From Bacillus pseudomycoides (GTDB lineage Bacteria > Bacillota > Bacilli > Bacillales > Bacillaceae_G): a stretch of 24,000 nucleotides of DNA. Positions 1-6,836 of the stretch are shown here, in pieces; the first letter of the stretch is position 1; every line of letters starts with the position of its first letter. The translations under genes were made by a program, and so were the position numbers. The DNA is taken from the NCBI RefSeq assembly GCF_022811845.1, contig NZ_CP064266.1, positions 3,586,314 through 3,610,313 on the forward strand, read 5' to 3'. The notes below the pieces were generated by a model that was not told the origin of the DNA, made no database searches, and saw only the letters and a program-made list of their open reading frames with translations.

Positions 1-2
1 AG

Positions 3-290
3 GCGAAAAAAGGAGCAACTATTGAAGATTTAGCATCAGCGATTGAATTGACTTATCAATCTATGAAACTAGGCTATCAACAACCACGTGCAAATCAATT
101 GATGGAGGACGTGTCTGCGGAAATGTTCCAAGACGGTGTAGAGTATTGGAAAGGAAAAGATATCAATAATGCATATAAATGCTTTGAATTTTTAACTCGG
201 GATCGATATGCAACAACTATTGATGGAACATTACGTGAAAGTGCAATGAAATATGTGGAACAAATTAAAGCCATGGATGCTCAAAAGTAA
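3..290 (+). CDS. 3' end of an ORF entering from the left edge (hypothetical protein, last ~95 aa)
   Basis: The frame is open from base 3 (AKKGATIEDLASAIELTYQSMKLGY...) to the TAA at 288-290. The Met at 48 has no RBS, so the gene probably starts upstream of the window. A hairpin follows at 302-334. Confidence 0.5.
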   Translation, partial: AKKGATIEDLASAIELTYQSMKLGYQQPRANQLMEDVSAEMFQDGVEYWKGKDINNAYKCFEFLTRDRYATTIDGTLRESAMKYVEQIKAMDAQK

Positions 291-301
291 ATATTTGTGA
301 A

Positions 302-334
302 GTTCGCCATCTTATCTCAGGTAAGATGGCGAAC
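302..334 (+). terminator. Stem-loop downstream of the first ORF (possible terminator, weak U-tract)
   Basis: gttcgccatctta (302-314) pairs perfectly with taagatggcgaac (322-334) around a 7-nt loop. The trailing sequence ctattctcatt is only moderately T-rich. Confidence 0.45.
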
Positions 335-360
335 CTATTCTCATTAAGGGGTGAAAGAGA

Positions 361-795
361 ATGAGTTTACTAGCAATTTGTCCGTTAGATGAGGCACTAG
401 TAGAAGCATTACAGAACGAAGAAAAAAGAGGGCATTTTTACGATGTTTTACAAAAATCAAATTTATACGTTGTTGCTTCTGTAGAAGGGGATACAAATAC
501 AGATGAAGACGGCAATTTGATTTCTACAGACAATACACAATTACAAATTCATTATTTTGAAATGGAAGAAGGACTCATGTTACCGCTTTATTCAGATTTA
601 AAGCATTTAGAAACGGTGATTCCAGAAGAATGTCCGTATGTTTGTATGAATGCTGTTGAATTATTCCAGATAGTAGATTTAGAGGCGAATGTGATTTTAA
701 ATCTAGGGACACCATTTCAAAAAATGTTTGTAAAAGAAGAAATCGAAGCTATTTGTGATGGTAGTATCTTTGATATTTTTTCTAAAGAAGTATAA
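361..795 (+). CDS. SseB-like small acidic protein, candidate secretion accessory or chaperone for the downstream toxin
   Basis: 144-aa ORF with a purine-rich RBS (aaggggtgaaagaga) before the ATG. The pattern F..VL..S.LYV....., G.MLPLYSD...L, NV.LN.G.PF...F..EEI matches my recollection of SseB N-terminal family proteins. It sits immediately 5' of the toxin gene. Confidence 0.45.
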   Translation: MSLLAICPLDEALVEALQNEEKRGHFYDVLQKSNLYVVASVEGDTNTDEDGNLISTDNTQLQIHYFEMEEGLMLPLYSDLKHLETVIPEECPYVCMNAVELFQIVDLEANVILNLGTPFQKMFVKEEIEAICDGSIFDIFSKEV

Positions 796-843
796 GTAAT
801 AATGGATGCAGTTCCTGCTCTTTTTGGTATAAAATAGAGGAAG

Positions 844-2148
844 GTGGGAGAAGGTTTGGAGATTAAAGTCAAACCCGAACAACTCGAACAAATTGCCAAA
901 AACATCTCAAAAATGCAGAGACACAGCCAGAATGTACAACAAGATCTTAATCAAGCGATGTTCAGTATTCAAATGCAGTGGCAAGGAGCAACGAGTCAGC
1001 GTTTTTACGGGGAGTATGTGCGATCGACGAAACTAATGGAAAGGTATATACATAACTTACAAGAAACAGAAAAAGATTTACGGCGCATTGCCCAAAAGTT
1101 TCGTCAAGCAGATGAAGAATATCAAAAAAAACAAGCAGAAAAGGCAAAAGAAACACCGAAAAAGAAAAAGAAAGAAGAAAAATCGTGGTGGGAAAAAGGG
1201 TTAGATGAAGCAGCGGAATTTTTCGGTGTAAATGATGCGATTAGAGCAGTTACAGGTAAAGACCCACGTACAGGTAAAGAGCTATCCACAAAAGAAAGAC
1301 TCATTGCGGCAGGGTGGACGCTTTTGAACATTATTCCGGTTGGAAAGGCCCTCAGTGTTGCTGGAAAAGCAATTAAGTATGGCGGGAAAATGGTCGTAGG
1401 AGCAATAGAAAAAGGCGGAAAAGCTCTTCTTGATGGAGCGAAGAAAGTATCAAGTAAGCTACATGAAGGCGTATCTTTCGTTGCTTCTAAAACGAAAAGT
1501 CTCGCTGATAAAGTAGGAGACCTGTGGAATAAAGGAAAAACGAAAGTTAAAAACGATTTTATAGAAGCAGATAAGGCATTCCATTATGCGATGAAAAAAT
1601 TGGGAGAGTATGTGCCGAAATCTGGTAGAGACCTTGCCTTTGAGACAGAAAGTGCAGGCAAGATTCCTGGTGGAGGAAAGAACCTGCTGAAAGATGCTTA
1701 TCAGTATGTGAAAGATACTGGGGAGAAGGTTTTTGGTAGTGGAACTGAAAGGATAAAATTTTCAGAAATGACGGTAGAAGAACAGTTGAAGCTAGCAAAA
1801 GAATATGCTAAGAAATCTCCAATAGAAATTCCTGAAACTGCTAAAACTAAAGCTCAATCAAAAAACGGGTATGAACAAATTTCATATAAGTGGAATGATG
1901 GTACTTATAAATATGAAGTTAGATGGCATACAAGGACACCTGGTGCTCCAGTTGAACAAGGGAATACATGGGTAATTCAAAGGACGATTCCAGGAAATGG
2001 TGGAGCGAAACCTCAAACATTTTTCAAAATAGGAGATAATGAGTGGACAGAAGCTTATAAATGGTATGAAGCAATTAAAGCAAGAAAGGATGGAATAGCT
2101 ACTCCTGAGCAAATAAGAATTCTAGATAAAGGACACTGGAAGGAGTAA
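844..2148 (+). CDS. Full-length WXG100-fused (T7SS-type) polymorphic toxin, C-terminal toxin type 1
   Basis: The N-terminal ~95 aa form a helical hairpin with W-x-G (FSIQMQWQGATSQRFYGEY). A Lys-rich linker follows, then a PT-TG-like segment (NDAIRAVTGKDPRTGKELSTKERLIAAGW), then a conserved pre-toxin region ending GEKVFGSG, then a variable tip from ~1744. The paralogue at 3723 starts at the TTG equivalent to 856 (GGGAG at 845-849 as RBS), so the true start is probably 856. Confidence 0.85.
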   Translation: MGEGLEIKVKPEQLEQIAKNISKMQRHSQNVQQDLNQAMFSIQMQWQGATSQRFYGEYVRSTKLMERYIHNLQETEKDLRRIAQKFRQADEEYQKKQAEKAKETPKKKKKEEKSWWEKGLDEAAEFFGVNDAIRAVTGKDPRTGKELSTKERLIAAGWTLLNIIPVGKALSVAGKAIKYGGKMVVGAIEKGGKALLDGAKKVSSKLHEGVSFVASKTKSLADKVGDLWNKGKTKVKNDFIEADKAFHYAMKKLGEYVPKSGRDLAFETESAGKIPGGGKNLLKDAYQYVKDTGEKVFGSGTERIKFSEMTVEEQLKLAKEYAKKSPIEIPETAKTKAQSKNGYEQISYKWNDGTYKYEVRWHTRTPGAPVEQGNTWVIQRTIPGNGGAKPQTFFKIGDNEWTEAYKWYEAIKARKDGIATPEQIRILDKGHWKE

Positions 2149-2154
2149 TATATT

Positions 2155-2535
2155 ATGATAAATGATAAATATTATATTGGTTTTGAAGGAGAAGTAGAAA
2201 TTAATTTAGTAAGAGGAGTCCAAGAAGAAAACAAATCTATATTTAAAATATGGAATGGTTATTTTGAAACAATTTTAGATAATTTATTAGATAATGATGT
2301 TCCTAAAGAAGGAATTATTAAAGAATATTTTCATCAAGAGGGTTGGTACGATGAATCCCCATGGCACGTGGAAGATATTAGTCTAACCATAAAACAATTT
2401 CGTATGTTCGATAATAATAAAGTGAGAAATTCAAGTTCTTTAAAGGAAGTATTACCTGAGTTAGTCACAGATATTATTGATTTTCTTGAACAAGCCAAAG
2501 TTAAAGAAGAAGATGTTTATATTGAATATGATTAA
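2155..2535 (+). CDS. Putative cognate immunity protein of toxin 844-2148
   Basis: 126-aa acidic ORF starting 7 nt after the toxin stop, with an AAGGAG RBS embedded in the toxin 3' end. This is the classic toxin-immunity arrangement. I did not recognise the family. Confidence 0.65.
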   Translation: MINDKYYIGFEGEVEINLVRGVQEENKSIFKIWNGYFETILDNLLDNDVPKEGIIKEYFHQEGWYDESPWHVEDISLTIKQFRMFDNNKVRNSSSLKEVLPELVTDIIDFLEQAKVKEEDVYIEYD

Positions 2536-2676
2536 CAAATGAAAGGATTAATCATTATGAAGTTAGAGATAGTGAAATAAAAAGTAATTTATTAATAATG
2601 GCGGAGTATCAGGGGGAAAAGGAAATTGTGGTAATATTTTTAAAATAGGTAAGGGAAATAAACTTTTAATTAGCTA

Positions 2677-2718
2677 AAAGCATTAAACCGATAAAATTTC
2701 TTAGGTTTAATGCTTTTT
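2677..2718 (+). terminator. Rho-independent terminator
   Basis: A 13-bp perfect stem, aaagcattaaacc (2677-2689) with ggtttaatgcttt (2704-2716), runs into a T-tract. Confidence 0.7.
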
Positions 2719-2821
2719 ATTTATTATTATTTTAGGGGATCTCCCGCTCAGAGGGAATTAGTTAAATACTTATTAACATAGGGATGCGAATATTAAAACT
2801 GAGGATTAATTCTTAAAAGAA

Positions 2822-3025
2822 ATGAGAACTTTTACAAAAGATGTTGAATTTGTGAATCCACCTGGATTTCACGGTGGAGAAGGGTCTACTACAGCTCATA
2901 ACCAAATACTACGTATTATTGATACGTCGGCAGATTATGAAACTTTTGTTAAGAGATTAAATAATTGGGCAAGCGATAGATTAAAAAATGGAAAAATGGA
3001 TTTACCAGAAGGATTAAGGAGGTAG
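2822..3025 (+). pseudogene. Orphan toxin C-terminal remnant (67-aa ORF) preceding an Imm22-like gene
   Basis: A short ORF (..PPGFHGGEGSTTAHNQILRIID..) ends 6 nt before an immunity-type gene. The frame is closed by a stop only 15 nt upstream of its ATG, and no N-terminal secretion or pre-toxin region is present. Confidence 0.4.
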
Positions 3026-3031
3026 CATAAT

Positions 3032-3424
3032 ATGAATGAAAAAGTATCAGTATGGATTGGGAATTTTGAGAGTAAAGCCGAGTTAATGGACTATATAAAT
3101 ATTGAATATACAGAAGACGGAGATAGTTTATCCTCAATATTTGAAAAAAACTTTCATTTAGATTATTACGATCGTGATTTGGTTGAGAAAAAATGGATTA
3201 GTCAACCGACAAATAATATTAGGGATTTATTGAAGGGTTTTTCATACTCCGATCAATTTATTAAACGATTTGATGTCATTAATCATGAAAAAGAATTTAA
3301 TACTACCATTCTGGTTTATAATCTTGAATATGATGCTCAAGAAACAAAGATTAAGTATAATAATAACGAAATGGAATTTATCGGTGTTGCCCAATATACT
3401 ATAGTTATTGATGATAGATGGTAA
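3032..3424 (+). CDS. Immunity 22 (Imm22)-like immunity protein
   Basis: AAGGAGG RBS. The N-terminus VSVWIGNFESKAELMDYINIEYTEDGDSLSSIFEKNF..DYYDRDLVE, and later LLKGFSYSDQFIKRF and ILVYNLEYD, match the remembered Imm22 signature (VS.WIGNF.S.EEL..Y....Y..DGD..S.F..DF). Confidence 0.65.
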   Translation: MNEKVSVWIGNFESKAELMDYINIEYTEDGDSLSSIFEKNFHLDYYDRDLVEKKWISQPTNNIRDLLKGFSYSDQFIKRFDVINHEKEFNTTILVYNLEYDAQETKIKYNNNEMEFIGVAQYTIVIDDRW

Positions 3425-3438
3425 ATTTCTAAACGTAA

Positions 3439-3716
3439 CAAAAAGAATCAGAAATCGACGCAGAACAAGCAGAATGTATTGGAGCGGATTTTAAGAGTAC
3501 TAATCTTACAAATGATAAATTTGAAAAATGCAAATTTATCAGAGGTAGATGCTAGAAATGCAGATTTAACAGGAGCGACCCTTTCAAAAACGGATTTTAC
3601 CGGTGCTAAACATTGACAATGTGGTTTGGAAGGGCGCAAATGTAGAAGGCGCCAAGTTTGACGAAAATGTGAGAAGTCTATTTAGAGGCTTATGTACACT
3701 TGATGAGATATATTGA
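3439..3716 (+). pseudogene. Decayed pentapeptide-repeat protein gene (N-terminally truncated, two frameshifts)
   Basis: Three successive frames read ECIGADFKSTNLTNDKFEKCKFI / VDARNADLTGATLSKTDFTGAK / NVVWKGANVEGAKFDENV..., which is an A(D/N)LxX-type 5-residue periodicity. The reading is interrupted by TAG (~3551) and TGA (~3614). There is no start codon, and the final TGA is at 3714-3716. Confidence 0.6.
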
Positions 3717-3722
3717 AAAGGT

Positions 3723-4856
3723 TTGGAGATTAAAGTCAAACCCGAACAACTCGAACAATTAGCCAAAAACATCTCAGAGATGCAGAGACATAGCCAGAAT
3801 GTACAACAAAATCTTAATCAAGCGATGTTCAGTATTCAAATGCAGTGGCAAGGAGCAACGAGTCAGCATTTTTATGGGGAGTATATGAAATCGACGAAAC
3901 TAATGGAAAGGTATATACATAACTTACAAGAAACAGAAAAAGATTTACGGCGCATTGCCCAAAAGTTTCGTCAAGCAGATGAAGAATATCAAAAGAAACA
4001 AGCAGAAAAAGTAAAAGAAACACCGAAAAAGGAAAAGAAAGAAGAAAAATCGTGGTGGGAAAAAGGATTAGATGAAGCAGCGGAATTTTTCGGTGTAAAT
4101 GATGCGATTAGAGCAGTTACAGGGAAAGACCCACGTACAGGCAAAGAACTATCCACAAAAGAAAGACTCATTGCGGCAGGGTGGACGCTTCTGAACATTA
4201 TTCCGGTTGGAAAAGTCCTTAGTACTGCTGGAAAAGTAATTAAGTATGGCGGAAAAATCCTTCTTGATGGAGTGAAGAAAGTATCAAGTAAGCTACATGA
4301 AGGTGTATCTTTCTTGGCATCAAAAGCAAAAGGGCTAAGTAATAAAATAGGGGATCTATGGAATAAAGGGAAAACAAAAGTTAAAAACGATTTTATAGAA
4401 GCAGATAAGGCATTCCGTTATGCGATGAAAAAATTGGGAGAGTATGTGCCGAAATTTGGTAGAGGCCCTTCTCCTGTAATGGAAGGTGTAGGTGCTGTTT
4501 CTGGTGGAGGAAAGCAGTCTCTGAAGGATGATGTGATTCAATTTATGAAGGAGACTGGGGAGAAGATTTTTGGTAGTGGTCTTAAAGGCTGGAATTTAAA
4601 ACCGAGTAATATCCCAAACATGCCGAGACAGGAGCTCCTTGATTCTGTACCAAACAACTGGAAAATAAATGATAATAATGGATTTGCGCACATAAGAGAT
4701 GAAAATGGGTTAATGCGTATGAGAATAGATCCACCAGATAAGGTAACTAAATATGATCATGTTCACATATATGATGAGGCAGGGAATTCATTAGATGTCA
4801 ATGGAAACATTGTAGATAGTAAAAGCCCGGCTGCACATATTCCATATAAAAAGTGA
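3723..4856 (+). CDS. Full-length WXG100-fused (T7SS-type) polymorphic toxin, C-terminal toxin type 2 (DHxH motif)
   Basis: The TTG start is homologous to position 856 of the first copy. The WXG100-like hairpin (MQWQGATSQHFYGEY), PT-TG-like segment and pre-toxin region are near-identical to 844-2148, apart from a 33-nt deletion. The variable tip starts at ~4581 (..MRMRIDPPDKVTKYDHVHIYDEAGNSLDVNGNIVDSKSPAAHIPYKK). Confidence 0.8.
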   Translation: MEIKVKPEQLEQLAKNISEMQRHSQNVQQNLNQAMFSIQMQWQGATSQHFYGEYMKSTKLMERYIHNLQETEKDLRRIAQKFRQADEEYQKKQAEKVKETPKKEKKEEKSWWEKGLDEAAEFFGVNDAIRAVTGKDPRTGKELSTKERLIAAGWTLLNIIPVGKVLSTAGKVIKYGGKILLDGVKKVSSKLHEGVSFLASKAKGLSNKIGDLWNKGKTKVKNDFIEADKAFRYAMKKLGEYVPKFGRGPSPVMEGVGAVSGGGKQSLKDDVIQFMKETGEKIFGSGLKGWNLKPSNIPNMPRQELLDSVPNNWKINDNNGFAHIRDENGLMRMRIDPPDKVTKYDHVHIYDEAGNSLDVNGNIVDSKSPAAHIPYKK

Positions 4857-4866
4857 GGTAAAAATT

Positions 4867-5238
4867 ATGAATGCTAAACAAATACAGGATAAAGTGGAAG
4901 AATTACATTATTGGGATTCTAGGGTGATAGAGTTATCTAGTGATTATTTTGCAGATGAAATAACATTAGCTTATGATAATAGCACATCAAAAGTCGTTTA
5001 CCGGTTTGTTGGTTGCTATAAATCCAATTTCAACCATTGGATTAGTTTTGAGAAAGAAAAACCTTATAGAGATTTATCTTTAGCTCAGGTACCGTATTTT
5101 CTTCAAGATGTAGAAATTAGTGAAATTGAGCAAGAAAATAAAAAGCTATATTCTTGTAAAGTGCTCATGCCACCTATGGAATTAGAAATATGGTGTACGG
5201 ATATCGAAGTTAGTGAAGTAATGAATAGTGCACAGTAA
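4867..5238 (+). CDS. Putative cognate immunity protein of toxin 3723-4856
   Basis: 123-aa ORF starting 10 nt after the toxin stop, with a GAGG RBS. Its N-terminal motif YWDSRVIELS resembles LHDSVVESIT of the immunity ORF at 9203, which follows a toxin tip of the same family. Confidence 0.65.
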   Translation: MNAKQIQDKVEELHYWDSRVIELSSDYFADEITLAYDNSTSKVVYRFVGCYKSNFNHWISFEKEKPYRDLSLAQVPYFLQDVEISEIEQENKKLYSCKVLMPPMELEIWCTDIEVSEVMNSAQ

Positions 5239-5246
5239 CGACTCAA

Positions 5247-5280
5247 AAAGACAACTAGAAAATTTTTTCTAGTTGTCTTT
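5247..5280. terminator. Bidirectional terminator between convergent genes
   Basis: aaagacaactag (5247-5258) pairs with ctagttgtcttt (5269-5280) around an aaaatttttt centre. It has A/T tracts on both sides and lies between the ends of 4867-5238 (+) and 5324-5524 (-). Confidence 0.75.
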
Positions 5281-5323
5281 CGCTTATAATTTAATTCTCA
5301 AAGTCATCGGAATTGTCGGGAGT

Positions 5324-5524
5324 TCAATCGATAAGGTCACCCTCATCGTTAAACATCAATGTTTCGCATTGTTCAATTGTGTAAGGATTAGGATATTTGT
5401 TATCTCTTATTGTCTCTTGATATTTATCATAACAGAAATGGTCATCGTACCTTTTAAGAACCTTAGCAAGCTTCATTTTAGCTCGTAAATCTTCTACAGT
5501 ATTCATAATATAAGAGAACGTCAT
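5324..5524 (-). CDS. Small hypothetical protein (66 aa)
   Basis: The minus-strand ORF reads MTFSYIMNTVEDLRAKMKLAKVLKRYDDHF...DEGDLID. I chose the internal Met at 5524 (AAAGGGA RBS) rather than the hydrophobic, RBS-less extension to 5608. It ends at the bidirectional terminator. Confidence 0.4.
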   Translation of the reverse strand: MTFSYIMNTVEDLRAKMKLAKVLKRYDDHFCYDKYQETIRDNKYPNPYTIEQCETLMFNDEGDLID

Positions 5525-5766
5525 ATCCCTTTTCACTAACATTAAAAATTTGAATATAAATAGGGTTAAAGCTAATGTTTTAAATAAACAGCAGTTAAGT
5601 AGTGGCAAAAGATTAGATCTATATGATTCTATTAAAGAATACCATATTTAAATTTGGATATTAAAAACATTAATGGATTAAAATAGGAAATCTCTGTCTA
5701 GAAAGAATAGGAGATGTTACTTCATATTTATCTAAAAATTATAGGAATTGTACAATAAGAATTGAA

Positions 5767-6024
5767 ATGATTTGGCGGTAGAAATTAAAAAATATTATTT
5801 CTATCATCAATGAAAAATTAAAGCTTTTAATTAGAGAAGAGCGACTCCTAGAAAATATGAGGAATCAGATTTTATTTGATATAATGAATATTGCACTATA
5901 TCAAAGCTATTATCCAGTATTAAAATCAGAATTTTATGAATGTTTATATCGAATATATGTAAATGGATATATTCCTTGTGGTTGGAATGGAAAATATCCT
6001 AAAGGAAATATAAAAGTAATTTGA
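5767..6024 (+). pseudogene. Small immunity-like ORF interrupted by an in-frame TAG at codon 5
   Basis: ATG at 5767 (MIWR), then TAG at 5779-5781, then the same frame stays open to 6024 (KLKNIISIINEKLKLLIREERLLENMRNQILFDIMNIALYQSYYPVLKSEFYECLYRIYVNGYIPCGWNGKYPKGNIKVI). An internal ATG at 5857 could give a 55-aa product. Confidence 0.3.
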
Positions 6025-6030
6025 TGAGGA

Positions 6031-6441
6031 GTGAAATTTTGGGAAGAAAATAAAGATTTTATGAATAAAAGTATAAAAATTGCGAATAGTCTTGTGGATG
6101 AAGTTTTTAAAATTGATAGTAATGATGAACAAGAAAAGCAGGTTCTAGGTGCATATCTCTTTGGAATGATTAATGGTTTAGGACAGGAAATGAATATTAA
6201 TCCTGTTGAGGTACAAGGTGCTATGATTCAAATATTGAGTGGGAAAATGGCTTATTCTTTAGAGATTGCTGTTCAGTTTAGTCAGTGTCTTATTAATTCT
6301 ACAGATAGAACTTTTCACCCCACTATGTTTGCTATAATTCATAGGGGATTGGAAGGATACTATATGTATAAAGATGGAAAGAATAATGAATTAACACGAG
6401 ATTTTCAGGAAATTATTGAAGCTGTCAAGGAAGAAAGCTAA
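6031..6441 (+). CDS. Hypothetical protein, possibly an immunity protein (Imm-like, IIHRG motif)
   Basis: 136-aa ORF with a GTG at 6031 directly after GAGGAG (too close for a good RBS) and an alternative ATG at 6061. The sequence QVLGAYLFGMINGLGQ...FAIIHRGLEGYYMY recalls an immunity family, but I cannot name it with certainty. Confidence 0.45.
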   Translation: MKFWEENKDFMNKSIKIANSLVDEVFKIDSNDEQEKQVLGAYLFGMINGLGQEMNINPVEVQGAMIQILSGKMAYSLEIAVQFSQCLINSTDRTFHPTMFAIIHRGLEGYYMYKDGKNNELTRDFQEIIEAVKEES

Positions 6442-6683
6442 TTTTAATTCTAGAGAGAATTATTCTGATGAAAATACAAGTTATTATATGCTATTTTTCT
6501 AGATTCTAAGGGCAAAGAAAGAAAAACTTAAAAGAACAAGTTTAAATGTTAAAGCAAACGGTGGGCATGTTAAGCTAGAGGTGCTCGAGGAACTGACTAA
6601 GGTTGTTAGCTATTTTGTGAGTTTCTCGATCACCGGTAAAGAAACATATCCACTTTACAACGTTATTTAATGAAGTTTTTGTT

Positions 6684-6760
6684 TATACGATCTGAACTGG
6701 AAGATGTAATTAGTCTTCCAGTTTTTTATTGAACTGAAAAAATAGATATAATTAAAAAAG
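6684..6760 (+). repeat. Inter-cassette repeat copy A (terminator hairpin + TATAAT)
   Basis: tatacgatctGAACTGGAAGATgtaattagTCTTCCAGTTttttattgaactgaaaaaatagaTATAATtaaaaaag. The stem is ctggaaga/tcttccag followed by a T-run, and TATAAT lies at 6747-6752. Confidence 0.85.
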
Positions 6761-6836
6761 GAAATGTAGAATAGTTAGAAAAACGATGAAAAAATTGTTT
6801 AGAAGTTTTAACTAGCAAATAAATTTTTACATGTAA

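Noticed and set aside
2600-2640. The 11-nt match agtatcagggg, shared with the degenerate 5' ends of orphan cassettes 1 and 4, as a relic of another orphan start after the first immunity gene
   Set aside because: The match is too short and flanking similarity is weak. It could be chance in AT-rich DNA.
703-4541. Track ORFs on the minus strand inside the toxin genes (703-905, 962-1331, 1559-2112, 3448-3772, 3829-4198, 4356-4541)
   Set aside because: They are antisense to strongly supported, paralogue-conserved coding sequence. They have low-complexity composition (F/S/L-rich) and no RBS, and they recur in both toxin copies simply because the sense strand is duplicated.
5273-5488. Plus-strand ORF of 71 aa
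   Set aside because: It starts inside the bidirectional terminator, is antisense to the better-supported minus-strand ORF 5324-5524, and has a hydrophobic low-complexity sequence with no RBS.
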